Shown: positions 48,107 through 57,846, counted from the stretch's first letter. The stretch: 64,000 nt of DNA from Deltaproteobacteria bacterium (GCA_015494395.1 WGBG01000180.1:10329-74328), one strand, 5' to 3'. The notes: generated from the letters alone by a model not told the origin. Translations and numbers: made by a program.

Positions 48107-48541
48107 ATGAGATCATTCATAAGATTGATTTTTGTGTTTACCGTGGCTGCAATGTTGTTTTCTGTTCTGGGAGGGTGTGCCTCCTCAAAACGGCCTGTCC
48201 TGTATCCTAACCGGCACCTTGCCCAGGTTGGGCAGATGCAGGCACAGCGTGATATTGATGCATGTATTGCCCTTGCAGAGTCAAGCGGTGTAAGCCGTCA
48301 TAAAGACGGTGAAATTTTCAAGAAGAGTGTAACCGGGAGCGCAGTAGGGGCTGCCGGTGCCGGAACTGCTGCTTTGATACTCGGACGTGATACAGACTAT
48401 ATACTTGCTGGTGCTGCTGGTGGTGCTGCGGCAGGTGCAGTCAAAGGCGGAATAGATTCAACAGATATGAACCCGCTGTTTATGAACTTCGTACAGAGAT
48501 GCCTCAGGGAGAAAGGCTATGAGGTTATAGGATGGGAGTAA
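48107..48541 (+). CDS. glycine-zipper lipoprotein
   Basis: ATG 48107 is preceded by AGGAGG. The signal/lipobox is ..VLGGCASS. Gly/Ala zipper: GSAVGAAGAGTAAL..AGAAGGAAAGAVKGG. Confidence 0.6.
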   Translation: MRSFIRLIFVFTVAAMLFSVLGGCASSKRPVLYPNRHLAQVGQMQAQRDIDACIALAESSGVSRHKDGEIFKKSVTGSAVGAAGAGTAALILGRDTDYILAGAAGGAAAGAVKGGIDSTDMNPLFMNFVQRCLREKGYEVIGWE

Positions 48542-48550
48542 GGTGTCAGG

Positions 48551-49081
48551 TTGAAAGATTATCCGGATTTTCCAGAGCTCGTGATTGAAGATGAACAGTT
48601 TTACCGAGATGAGTGTGTTGAGCTTTCAAGGTTCTTTACCCAGCACCAAAAAGAACTGGCAGAGATACATGCCCTTGGCAGGCGCATAATAAAATTTTAT
48701 CAGGTTCTTGAGCCCTTTTTTCACGATTTTACCGAGTCGGTATGTCACTGCTGTGCTGTGCCCTGTTGCGTAAACAGGCATGGCTTTCCTGATTTTGAGG
48801 ACCTGGTTCTGTTTCTTGCAATGGGCCAGGGCCTGCCAGACTATAATTTTAATGTTATAGACACTGACAAATGCCAGTTCCTTGGCCCAAACGGCTGCAG
48901 CCTTCCCAGGCAGGCAAGGTCATACCGTTGTACATGGTACTTCTGTGACCATGTTCTGGATGAGTTTGAGCATATTAACAGTAAAAGATTCCACCGTTTT
49001 GATGTTGAGCTTGGAAGGCTTGGCAGGTGCCGAAGCGTGCTTCTTGAACGGTTCAGTGAATTATGGTTTATCAGTCATTAA
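48551..49081 (+). CDS. Cys-rich hypothetical protein (YkgJ/UPF0153-like cluster-binding candidate)
   Basis: TTG start. Cysteine clusters are CHCCAVPCCVN, CQFLGPNGC and CTWYFC. The family assignment is uncertain. Confidence 0.4.
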   Translation: MKDYPDFPELVIEDEQFYRDECVELSRFFTQHQKELAEIHALGRRIIKFYQVLEPFFHDFTESVCHCCAVPCCVNRHGFPDFEDLVLFLAMGQGLPDYNFNVIDTDKCQFLGPNGCSLPRQARSYRCTWYFCDHVLDEFEHINSKRFHRFDVELGRLGRCRSVLLERFSELWFISH

Positions 49082-49083
49082 GC

Positions 49084-49205
49084 GTGAAAATAGCTCAAGG
49101 CTCAAAGTTGAAAGTCAAAGAAACCATGTTGGTTTTCAGCTTCCGACTTTGAGCTTTCAGATAACTTTCATGTCAGGGGGTGACAAACCCCATGTCATGA
49201 AAGTT
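49084..49205 (+). repeat. family C palindromic composite element, intact reference copy (C2)
   Basis: It contains two hairpin modules (gctcaaggctcaaagttgaaag..cttccgactttgagctttcag and tttcatgtcagggggtgacaaaccccatgtcatgaaa). It fills the gap between two convergent genes. Confidence 0.7.
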
Positions 49206-49215
49206 AAGGCAGGCA

Positions 49216-50538
49216 TCAGGTAATGTGGTGTCCGGCAATAAAGTCCCGTACGGTCTCAAACAGGAATTTTTCTCCAAGATAGAAGAGAATCATTGAGATA
49301 ATAGCTGCTGCAGGAACTGTAATAAACCAGGACCCAAATATCTTTTTGGTTACAGTTCTGTCAATTCCACCCAGTCCCCTGGCAAGTCCGATTCCGAGTA
49401 TTGCGCCAACAAGTGTATGGGTCGTGGAGATGGGAAGTTTCATCCTGGTGCATATCAGGACAACTGTTGTGGCGGCAATGTCTGCTGCGACGCCGCGGGA
49501 CGGGGTGATTTCTGTAATTTTGGTTCCAACCGTATCCATCACCCTGTAACCATAGGTTGCAAGGCCGATTACAATACCCGTGCCTCCAAGGGCAAGAACC
49601 CAGAATGGCACGCCAACCTTCATGGCAATATTGCCGGTTTCGGCAATGTTGACTATTGCAGCAAGGGGGCCTACGGCATTGGCAACATCATTGGCGCCGT
49701 GGGCAAATGCAACTGAGCACGAGCTGATGATAACCAGAGGGGTAAAAACCTTTTCTACCTCCTCAAGCTGCTGTGAAATTCTAAGTTTTTCCTTGCCATG
49801 AAGGTAGCTGTTGGCAAGTTTCCGGGAGATCACCGCAGCAGTGATGCTGATAATGCCGGTAATAACAAAGGACATATAGCCGGACAGCCACTCAATTTCG
49901 CCTATTACATGTTTAAGCCCTTTGTATATGGTGGCAAGGGTTACAACGGCAAACACCAGGAAGACTATGTATGGAATATATTTTTTCGCTGCAACAACCG
50001 GCCTGTTATGACCAAGGATCACACGGGAGATAAATTTGAACAGTACAAATGCCATTATCCCCCCTGCTACTGGAGAAATAAACCAGCTTGCCACAATCTG
50101 TCCCATCTTTCCCCAGTTTACAGCATCGTGTCCTGCAGCAATAATGCCGAATCCCGCCACAGCACCAACTATTGAGTGGGTAGTAGATACAGGCATTCCT
50201 GCCCATGACGAGTAGTTAAGCCAGATTGCAGCAGAAAACAGTGAAACTGTCATGCCAATGACCATCAGAGCTGCTGCATCAGTGGGAGAAATGCCTGGAA
50301 GGGCGGAGAGGATTGAAGGGTCAACTATTCCCTTTCTCACGGTATCTGTAACATGAGCGCCAACCAGTACAGCACCCGCAAATTCACATAACCCTGCAAG
50401 AATAACTGCTTTTTTGATTGAAAGCGCCCGGGAGCCAACTGCATCTGCCATTGAGTTGGCAACGTCATTAGCGCCAATATTCCACGCCATGTACAGGCCC
50501 AGGATGGCTGCCAGCCCGATAATTATCACAATATCCAT
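49216..50538 (-). CDS. inorganic phosphate transporter, PiT family
   Basis: Duplicated GANDVAN motifs (IGANDVANSM, HGANDVANAV), multi-TM. GGAGGGG RBS. Confidence 0.9.
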   Translation of the reverse strand: MDIVIIIGLAAILGLYMAWNIGANDVANSMADAVGSRALSIKKAVILAGLCEFAGAVLVGAHVTDTVRKGIVDPSILSALPGISPTDAAALMVIGMTVSLFSAAIWLNYSSWAGMPVSTTHSIVGAVAGFGIIAAGHDAVNWGKMGQIVASWFISPVAGGIMAFVLFKFISRVILGHNRPVVAAKKYIPYIVFLVFAVVTLATIYKGLKHVIGEIEWLSGYMSFVITGIISITAAVISRKLANSYLHGKEKLRISQQLEEVEKVFTPLVIISSCSVAFAHGANDVANAVGPLAAIVNIAETGNIAMKVGVPFWVLALGGTGIVIGLATYGYRVMDTVGTKITEITPSRGVAADIAATTVVLICTRMKLPISTTHTLVGAILGIGLARGLGGIDRTVTKKIFGSWFITVPAAAIISMILFYLGEKFLFETVRDFIAGHHIT

Positions 50539-50612
50539 ATCCCCTCCGGCTGTTATCTTTTGTGGCTTATAAATCTGTTTGGTACTTGTTGATTGCAGAA
50601 AATCCCCACCAG

Positions 50613-51284
50613 TTATCTGACAATCATTGTCCTGAGCATGTCACCGGCGTTTTCAGCCTCATTGGCAATGGCACTCAAGGCAAGGAGCATTTTTTCATAG
50701 AACATGATGGTTATTGGATCAAGTTCGTTTTCAAGCGAGTAAATGTCCTTGCTGAGTTGGCGCGCTATTCTGTCAGCCTTCCACTCTTCTTCGCCGATTC
50801 CCTCAAGAAACTCAAGTACCCTTTGTGCCTCAGCGCCGCCAAAGGATACCTCGGCCAGGTTCTCAAGCTCCACTGCGGCTGTAAGCAGTGTGCCTGTGAC
50901 CTGCAGCACCTGGTTAACCAGGTTGCGGAACTTGTCCTGCAGCTCATGATGCACCCTGGTCTTTCTGATGGTGAGAATGATGGAGAAATCCTCAACATAA
51001 TCTGCTATCTTGTCCTGGCGGTTCAGGAAGTTGTCAAGCTCTATACGTTCAACAGGCAGGAAGTAGCGTCTGGGAAGCTGGACACGAATGGCATGTTTCA
51101 GGCGGTCTGCTTCGTACTCGAGTTTTGATACCTTGTTCTGCAGTGCTTCAAGCTCGTCATACTGTTCATTTATTACTGCATCAATAAGTGGCTGGATAAG
51201 CTCGATGCATTCATGAACCTTTTTTGTATGTTCCACCAAGGGTCCAAAGGGAGATTTGCCAAAAAGATCCTGAATAAGTCCCAT
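50613..51284 (-). CDS. DUF47/TIGR00153-family (PhoU-like) phosphate transport accessory protein
   Basis: 223-aa helical protein upstream of the PiT gene, a typical pairing. GGAGG RBS. Confidence 0.8.
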   Translation of the reverse strand: MGLIQDLFGKSPFGPLVEHTKKVHECIELIQPLIDAVINEQYDELEALQNKVSKLEYEADRLKHAIRVQLPRRYFLPVERIELDNFLNRQDKIADYVEDFSIILTIRKTRVHHELQDKFRNLVNQVLQVTGTLLTAAVELENLAEVSFGGAEAQRVLEFLEGIGEEEWKADRIARQLSKDIYSLENELDPITIMFYEKMLLALSAIANEAENAGDMLRTMIVR

Positions 51285-51432
51285 GTCTGCCTCCTGAGCG
51301 ATGGTTGTTTGTTAAAAAATATTAGGTTAACCTGCCTATATTTTCAGGTTCTTATACCATGTCCTGATTGCAAGCCTTAAATACGCTGTTTCCCCTCTAA
51401 ATGCAAGCTATTTTGTTTAGAAATGACACTGT

Positions 51433-51571
51433 CCTGAATTGAGCGTTTCAAAAGTTTGAAGAAATGATTTTATACGATATTAAAAGGACTTAAATTTATC
51501 ATACTCTTAAACTTTTGAAACCCTTCGGGATTGCCGGATCTGCAGCAAATCCGACAATCGCTAAATCCAGG
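51433..51571 (-). mobile_element. family B MITE, short form (B4)
   Basis: Reverse orientation with ends CCTGAATTGAGCG / CGCTAAATCCAGG. 5-bp duplication ACTGT (51428..51432 and 51572..51576). Confidence 0.8.
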
Positions 51572-51599
51572 ACTGTGTCAGTAAACCAAAAATATTTAA

Positions 51600-52364
51600 T
51601 TGGTGGCTGCTTTTGACCTAATGGATTTTGTTTTTACATCCCAAACAGTTCATAACTGCATATTGCCTGCACTGATATGCATGTTCGCTGCATTTGTACA
51701 GGGCACGAGCGGGTTTGGCTCTGCCCTTGTTGCAATGCCTCTGCTGGTCATGATCATGCCTGCAAAGGTAGCTACACCGCTTTGTGTCCTTATGGGTACA
51801 ATTATTACAACTGACCTTACAATAAGGCTGAGGCATCACGTTGACATAAAGACCGTTGGAGTCTTTACCGCAGGCTGCCTCCCGGGCATTGCAACAGGGG
51901 TTTACCTTCTGGGAAATTTTGATGACGTGCTTATGAGAAGGCTTTTGGGGATCGTCCTTGCCTCATTTGCATTCTGGGCGCTTTTTATCAAACTTCCTGT
52001 GTTGAATCTTTCTAAGGTATGGGGCGGGTTTGCTGGTTTTGCAGCAGGAGTGCTTGGAGCCTCACTCAGTACCGGCGGGCCTCCGGTAATCGTTTACTGC
52101 TCCCTCCTTGGCTGGAGCAGGGATCGCATGAAGGCCACACTTTCAGCCTTTTTTCTGGTTGCCAGCATTATAATAGTAACAGCCCATTTTTTTGGAGGTT
52201 TTATAACAGGAGAGATGCTTGAGATTTTTGCAGTAAGTGCCCTGCCTGTTCTTGCCGGAACATGGGCAGGCACAGCACTCTATAACCGTATGTCACACCA
52301 CACCTACATAAGGTTGCTGCTGACTCTTCTGCTCATGGCAGGTTTGCTCCTTGTAATTTCATGA
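51600..52364 (+). CDS. TauE/SafE-family anion exporter
   Basis: Multi-TM 4-toluene sulfonate uptake/TauE-like pattern. Start is TTG 51600 or ATG 51621. Confidence 0.75.
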   Translation: MVAAFDLMDFVFTSQTVHNCILPALICMFAAFVQGTSGFGSALVAMPLLVMIMPAKVATPLCVLMGTIITTDLTIRLRHHVDIKTVGVFTAGCLPGIATGVYLLGNFDDVLMRRLLGIVLASFAFWALFIKLPVLNLSKVWGGFAGFAAGVLGASLSTGGPPVIVYCSLLGWSRDRMKATLSAFFLVASIIIVTAHFFGGFITGEMLEIFAVSALPVLAGTWAGTALYNRMSHHTYIRLLLTLLLMAGLLLVIS

Positions 52365-52452
52365 TATTGGTGGAAGAATAGGTTACAGTATCTTAAGTTT
52401 TGACTGATCCCACAGTTTTATTAAACAACTATAAATCACTGGAGGATTCAAT

Positions 52453-52797
52453 ATGTCTGACTGTCTGTTTTGCAAGATGGTTTCAGGTGAGATCAAGCCT
52501 GATGTTGTTTATGAAGATGATGATGTCCTGGCATTTCGTGACATAAATCCCCAGGGGCCAACCCATGTGCTGGTTATTCCAAAGGAGCATATTGCCACCA
52601 TTAACGACCTTCAGGAGCATCATGCCGAACTTATGGGAAAGATCTATCTCACTGCTGCCAAGGTCGCAGCACAGGAGGGTATTGCAGAAAAAGGCTACCG
52701 CACGGTTATGAACTGCAACAGGGATGGAGGCCAGGAGGTGTATCATATCCACCTTCACGTAATTGGCGGCAGGGGCATGACCTGGCCTCCAGGCTAA
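52453..52797 (+). CDS. HIT-family (histidine triad) nucleotide-binding protein
   Basis: 114 aa with the HIHLHVIGG triad. GGAGG RBS. Confidence 0.9.
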   Translation: MSDCLFCKMVSGEIKPDVVYEDDDVLAFRDINPQGPTHVLVIPKEHIATINDLQEHHAELMGKIYLTAAKVAAQEGIAEKGYRTVMNCNRDGGQEVYHIHLHVIGGRGMTWPPG

Positions 52798-53022
52798 ACT
52801 TTCGTGGTAGGGGCGCTGTCACTCCCCTGATATGAAAGTTAGCTCTAAGCTCAAAGTCGGAAGCTGAAAGCAGACAGGGTTTTTTTTGTAACTGTTCAGC
52901 GCATTTATTCAACGAGGTTGGTAAATGGTCTTGTTTTTCCGTTCCCAGGACCATTTACCACGCTATATAGATACGTTTTTTTACTTTGAGCCTTGAGCTT
53001 TCAGCTTTGAGCTATTTTAGGA
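52797..53022 (-). repeat. family C palindromic composite element (C3), interrupted by family A short copy A6
   Basis: 52797..52887 and 52975..53022 together align to the reverse complement of C2. The element begins at the HIT stop codon. Confidence 0.7.
52888..52974 (-). mobile_element. family A MITE, short hairpin form (A6)
   Basis: GTAACTGTTCAGCG..GGTAAATGGTCTTGTTTTTCCGTTCCCAGGACCATTTACCACGCTATATAGATAC. It is flanked by G+T-run repeats (gtttttttt / gttttttt), consistent with an 8-bp duplication. Confidence 0.75.
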
Positions 53023-53036
53023 TAAAAAATTCAGGC

Positions 53037-53849
53037 ATGTCAGCAGAGATAAAAATCTATCAGCGGCGTTTCGGTGCATACGTCAGGAACTATTTATCAG
53101 GATTGATACCGCCTGAACTTCGGGGTATGGCCGCTTTGAAAGTTGTCCATACCCAGAGGGTAAGGGCTGAGATGAAGCGGCTGGGGGGGCGAATAGGCCT
53201 TGATAAAAGGCCGCTTTTCCTTGCAGAGCTTGCAGGGCTCTTTCATGACATTGGCAGGTTTGAACAGCTCAGGCGTTTTGGCACCTTTGAAGACGCCCGT
53301 TCTGTGGATCATGCAGCCTTCAGTGCGGAAGTATGTCTTGAAAACAGCTTCTTGAAAGAGCTTGCAGGTGGTGAGTGCCGGCTTGTGATAACTGCCATTC
53401 GCAGGCACAACATGAAGACAGTGCCACCTGCTTCAAGCTTTCTTGAGAGCACTTTGACCATGCTGCTCAGGGATGCTGACAAGCTTGATATATGGCGGGT
53501 GTTTAATGACCATTACTGCAGGCAGGGCAGGGAATCGGAACAGGACGATTCTGTTCTTGTGCTTGGACGCCCTGACACCCCGGGTATATCTCCGCAGGTT
53601 GCCGCAGATATCATGGCAGGCCGCATCGTTGACATTGCCAGTGTGAAGAATCGGAATGATTTTGCCCTGGCAAGGCTTGCATGGGTGTTTGATATCAACT
53701 TTGTGCCAACCCTTGAGGAGATGAGCAGACGTGGGTATGTCCAGTCGTTAAGGGATTCTCTGCCTGAATTTGATGAAAAGGATCAGCTTTTTCAAAGGGT
53801 GGGGCAGTACATTGATGACATGATTGCCACCAAAACCCCTGCGTGTTAA
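53037..53849 (+). CDS. HD-domain phosphohydrolase
   Basis: HD motif in LAGLFHDIGRFEQ. ATG 53037 is preferred because the TTG 52986 extension lies inside repeat C3. Confidence 0.7.
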   Translation: MSAEIKIYQRRFGAYVRNYLSGLIPPELRGMAALKVVHTQRVRAEMKRLGGRIGLDKRPLFLAELAGLFHDIGRFEQLRRFGTFEDARSVDHAAFSAEVCLENSFLKELAGGECRLVITAIRRHNMKTVPPASSFLESTLTMLLRDADKLDIWRVFNDHYCRQGRESEQDDSVLVLGRPDTPGISPQVAADIMAGRIVDIASVKNRNDFALARLAWVFDINFVPTLEEMSRRGYVQSLRDSLPEFDEKDQLFQRVGQYIDDMIATKTPAC

Positions 53850-53900
53850 ATACCTGAGCATGCCCGTAATTTTGGTAATTTGAAGGGAGTTTAATCTTTT

Positions 53901-55331
53901 ATGAACTATGAAGCTGTTATAGGTCTTGAGGTGCATGTCCAGCTCAAGACCAGTAGCAAGATATTCTGTTCCTGTGTAAACAAATTCGGGTCTTCACCCA
54001 ATACCCAGACCTGTCCTGTATGTCTTGGCATGCCTGGTGTGCTTCCGGTGCTTAACCGCAGGGTGGTTGAGTATGCCCTGAGGATGGGCATGGCCACAAA
54101 CTGCAAGATTCCAAAATACAGTCAGCTTGCAAGAAAGCACTACTTCTATCCTGATCTTCCAAAGGGCTATCAGATTTCACAGTATGAACTTCCCCTGGTT
54201 GAACACGGCTGGGTTGATATAGATGTTGAGGGCAAGACCAGGCGTATTGGGATTACGAGGATTCATATTGAAGATGATGCAGGCAAACTTGTTCATGATG
54301 AGTCACGGCCTGTAAGTTACGTTGATCTTAACAGGACAGGGACCCCTCTTATAGAGATAGTAAGTGAGCCGGACATAAGAAGCCCTGAGGAGGCTGCTGC
54401 CTATGTAAGGAAGATACGGCAGCTTGTGCGTTATCTGGGAATCAGTGACGGCAACATGGAGGAGGGAAGCCTCAGGTGTGATGCAAATATCTCCCTTCGT
54501 CCAGAGGGGCAGAAAGAGTTTGGCACCAAGTCCGAGTTAAAGAACATGAACTCCTTCAGGAACGTGCAGAAGGCACTTGAATATGAAATCAGGCGTCAGA
54601 CTGCGCTGCTGCTTGACGGGCAGGAGATAGTGCAGGAGACCAGACTCTGGGATGCCGGTAAAGGTGTTACCCACTCCATGAGAGGCAAGGAGGAGGCACA
54701 CGACTACCGCTACTTCCCGGATCCTGATCTTGTCCCCATTGAGATAAGTGACCAGTGGATGGAGGAGATAAGGGCAGATTTGCCCGAGCTTCCTGATGAG
54801 AAGCGCAGGCGCTTTATGGAACAGTACGGGCTTCCTGAATACGATGCCTCGGTTCTGACGGTTTCAAGGGAGACAGGGGATTATTTTGAAGAGGCGGTAA
54901 GGCTCTTTGATAATCCAAAAAGCGTGTCAAACTGGATAATGGTGGAGCTCATGAAGCTACTTAAACAGACCGATGTCTCCATTGAACAGTGCAATGTTAC
55001 CCCGGCATATCTGGCTGAGATACTAGCCCTTGTGGACAAGGGGACAATCAGTGCGCAGATGGGCAAGGAGGTGTTGCAGGACTGTTTCGGGACCGGCAAG
55101 TCCCCTGCGTCAATAGTTGAGGAAAAGGGGCTTTCCCAGGTCAGTGACGAGTCAGAGCTTGAGGCAGTTGTTGCAAAGGTGATGGAGGCAAATCCCAAGG
55201 AAGTTGAGCTGTACCGTGGTGGCAAGAAAAAGGTTCTTAGTTTCCTCATGGGACAGGTTATGAGGGAGACGAGGGGCAAGGCAAATCCCAAAAAGGTGAA
55301 TGAGATTTTCAGAAAAATGCTTGAGGGATAA
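53901..55331 (+). CDS. gatB: Asp-tRNA(Asn)/Glu-tRNA(Gln) amidotransferase subunit B
   Basis: [15 protein letters not shown].., [15 protein letters not shown], and a full-length 476 aa. Confidence 0.95.
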   Translation: MNYEAVIGLEVHVQLKTSSKIFCSCVNKFGSSPNTQTCPVCLGMPGVLPVLNRRVVEYALRMGMATNCKIPKYSQLARKHYFYPDLPKGYQISQYELPLVEHGWVDIDVEGKTRRIGITRIHIEDDAGKLVHDESRPVSYVDLNRTGTPLIEIVSEPDIRSPEEAAAYVRKIRQLVRYLGISDGNMEEGSLRCDANISLRPEGQKEFGTKSELKNMNSFRNVQKALEYEIRRQTALLLDGQEIVQETRLWDAGKGVTHSMRGKEEAHDYRYFPDPDLVPIEISDQWMEEIRADLPELPDEKRRRFMEQYGLPEYDASVLTVSRETGDYFEEAVRLFDNPKSVSNWIMVELMKLLKQTDVSIEQCNVTPAYLAEILALVDKGTISAQMGKEVLQDCFGTGKSPASIVEEKGLSQVSDESELEAVVAKVMEANPKEVELYRGGKKKVLSFLMGQVMRETRGKANPKKVNEIFRKMLEG

Positions 55332-55332
55332 T

Positions 55333-55552
55333 TATACAGCGTATTAACAGTAATGAGGGTTCGTAAATGGTCTTGTTTTTCCGTTCCGGAGAACAATTTC
55401 TTGTTTTTCTAAGGCTTGCTTAAGCCAAAATCGCGAAACTCGCTCGTGCCTCGCTCAGACAGACGCGATTTTATGGCTCCGCTTCGCCAAGAAAAACTAC
55501 GAAATTCTTCAGAGTCACTCCAAAACAAGACCATTTACTGTGCTGATCATTC
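55333..55552 (-). mobile_element. family A MITE, full length with degraded outer ends (A7)
   Basis: It starts 1-2 nt after the gatB stop. The interior is near-identical to A4 and A9. The outer repeats diverge (atacagcgt.., ..tgtgctgatcattc). Confidence 0.75.
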
Positions 55553-55614
55553 ATTACGTTTTAGAGATGCTTGAGGCATAGGTCAGGGATACAGGTCAGG
55601 GAGTCTGTTAAACA

Positions 55615-56700
55615 GTGGACGACACAAGAATATTTGAGATTGCCAGGGAGGCAGGGTCAACGGTAATTCCCATGCGCTGGTCAGGGGGGCGTTTTTCTCT
55701 CCTTGACCAGAGGCTGCTTCCAGCAGAGGAGAAGTGGAACTTTTATGAAAATGCTGAACAGGTTGCCGAAGCCATAAGGGATATGGTGGTGCGTGGAGCA
55801 CCTGCCATCGGTATTACTGCGGCTTTTGGAATGGTTCTTGCCGCAAGGGAGGCAGGCTCGCTTTCTGGCCGGGAATTTCTTTCCAGATGGGATCAGCAGG
55901 CAGCCAACATGATTGATGCCCGCCCTACTGCTGTTAACCTCAAATGGGCAGTTGACAGGCTTTCCAGGGTCGCCGCCGTAGCAGTTCAGACCGGAAGCTC
56001 TGGCAGAGAGGTAGCGGAGATTCTGGAAGAGGAGGCAATGGCAATCTGGGAGGAGGATATCCGGGGCAATTTGGAAATGGGACGCCTTGGAGCAGGGCTT
56101 CTTCCAAAAGAGGGCGGTGTGCTTACCCACTGCAATGCAGGTGCGCTTGCAACAGGCGGATATGGTACAGCACTCGGAGTTATCAGGGCAGCGGTATCCT
56201 CGGGCAGGAATCTTGAAATTTATGCAGATGAGACAAGGCCGTGGTTTCAGGGTTCACGCCTTACTGCCTGGGAGCTTATAAAAGATGGAATGGATGTGAC
56301 TCTTATTGTGGACAATGCTGCCGGGCTGATGATGAAACTTGGAAAGGTTAATGCTGTTGTTGTGGGTTCCGACAGGATAGCAGCCAATGGGGATGTGGCA
56401 AACAAGATAGGAACCTATCAGGTAGCAGTGCTTGCCAGGCGGCACAATATTCCATTCATAGTTGCAGCACCTGTTTCAACCATTGATCCTGACATGCCCT
56501 CAGGTGATGCCATCTCCATCGAGGAACGCCAGGGAGACGAGATAGTTTCCGTTGCAGGCACGCGTATCGCTGCACAGGGCGTCAAGACTGTCAATATGGT
56601 TTTTGATGTGACTCCAGCAGAACTTGTCACAGCCATTGTCACCGAACGGGAAGTGCTAAGGCCGCCATATGGACCGTCTATACAGAAACTCTTCTCTTGA
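55615..56700 (+). CDS. mtnA: S-methyl-5-thioribose-1-phosphate isomerase
   Basis: eIF-2B/MtnA family blocks (LLDQRLLP, VRGAPAIGITAAFG, THCNAGALAT, GSDRIAANGDVANKIGTY). Start is GTG 55615; ATG 55672 is an alternative. Confidence 0.85.
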   Translation: MDDTRIFEIAREAGSTVIPMRWSGGRFSLLDQRLLPAEEKWNFYENAEQVAEAIRDMVVRGAPAIGITAAFGMVLAAREAGSLSGREFLSRWDQQAANMIDARPTAVNLKWAVDRLSRVAAVAVQTGSSGREVAEILEEEAMAIWEEDIRGNLEMGRLGAGLLPKEGGVLTHCNAGALATGGYGTALGVIRAAVSSGRNLEIYADETRPWFQGSRLTAWELIKDGMDVTLIVDNAAGLMMKLGKVNAVVVGSDRIAANGDVANKIGTYQVAVLARRHNIPFIVAAPVSTIDPDMPSGDAISIEERQGDEIVSVAGTRIAAQGVKTVNMVFDVTPAELVTAIVTEREVLRPPYGPSIQKLFS

Positions 56701-57565
56701 TAATCACATCCGGCTGGTGGCAAATGTCTATGATGCCCATACTGCAGCCCTGTTTGTCCGCCCGCCCCACAGCACAGTCATGGAGCTTGCTGCAAGAGAG
56801 AGCCTGAGCCGCCAGTTTATCCCTGACTGCTGTATTGAGCCTGGTCATGGTCTCCTTGGCTGGGTGGCGAAGGAGAACAGAAGACTTCACGTTACCAGCT
56901 TTGACAGGGATACCCGCACACTGGGCATATATGCCACTGACGTAAAGATAAAGGCGCTCCTTGCATCTCCGCTTCCTGGAGGACGGGGAGTGCTCATGGT
57001 TGACAGCCGGAATCGTCACGCATTTCCTGAAAAAAAACAGAAGATACTGGACGATTTCGCAGCGTCTGCACTTGACCTCTGGGATGCTGCTGTTTGTGTC
57101 AAGCACCTTGAGTTTCACCGCAAATTCTGCAGCACCGTTCTTGTAAAGCGTCAGGGCATGATGGCGTGCATTCAGAGTCTTGCCAAACTGCTTGGGCTTG
57201 ATACCGTGCTTGCGGCCACAAGGCTTAAGGGTGAGGAACTATATACCCTGGAGCGCCTGTGGAGAAATGGGCGTGAGGATGACAGGCTCCGTGGCAAGCA
57301 GTTCAGCCTTGACTCCGGCTATACAGGATGGTTTTTCAGAAAGGGCTTGAGCCTTGTGATGAAGGAGTTCAGGGGAGATGTTAATAAAAGTTATCTCCTG
57401 GGAGAAGAAGAGATGCTTATCCGGGGCGAAGTCCTTGTGGGCATAGTTATACCAGGCTCTACCATGAGTGTTGTGGTGATTTTTACAGGTAACGCCCGGG
57501 TGTCAGACTGGCCGGAGGAGCTTATTGATATGTTGACAGGGGCCTTGCGGGTTCATGCCGGCTGA
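56669..57565 (+). CDS. GAF-domain-like hypothetical protein
   Basis: The N-terminal ~150 aa have a GAF-like pattern (..GHGLLGWVAKENRRLHV..GVLMVDSRN..). It overlaps the mtnA end by 32 nt. Confidence 0.45.
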   Translation: MDRLYRNSSLDNHIRLVANVYDAHTAALFVRPPHSTVMELAARESLSRQFIPDCCIEPGHGLLGWVAKENRRLHVTSFDRDTRTLGIYATDVKIKALLASPLPGGRGVLMVDSRNRHAFPEKKQKILDDFAASALDLWDAAVCVKHLEFHRKFCSTVLVKRQGMMACIQSLAKLLGLDTVLAATRLKGEELYTLERLWRNGREDDRLRGKQFSLDSGYTGWFFRKGLSLVMKEFRGDVNKSYLLGEEEMLIRGEVLVGIVIPGSTMSVVVIFTGNARVSDWPEELIDMLTGALRVHAG

Positions 57566-57596
57566 TGAGCCTGCGGTTGGTTTCCTTTATTATTTA

Positions 57597-57823
57597 ATAT
57601 CTATTAAGCGTGGTAAATGGTCTTGTTTTGGAGTGACTTTGAACAATTTCGTAGTTTTTCTTGGCGAAGCGAAGCCACAAAAATCGCGTCTGTTTGAGCG
57701 AGGCACGAGCGAGTTTCGCGATTTTGGCGTAGTAAGCCTTAGAAAAACAAGAAATTGTTCACCGGAACGGAAAAACAAGGCCATTTTCCAACCTTTATTC
57801 ACATCAGTACGCTGAATAGTGAC
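57597..57823 (+). mobile_element. family A MITE, full length (A8)
   Basis: ataTCTATTAAGCGTGGTAAATGGTCTTGTTTT...AAAACAAGGCCATTTTCCAACC..ACGCTGAATAGTGAC. No clear flanking duplication. Confidence 0.8.
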
Positions 57824-57846
57824 GTGAAAGTTTAGTTGAGGACCCA

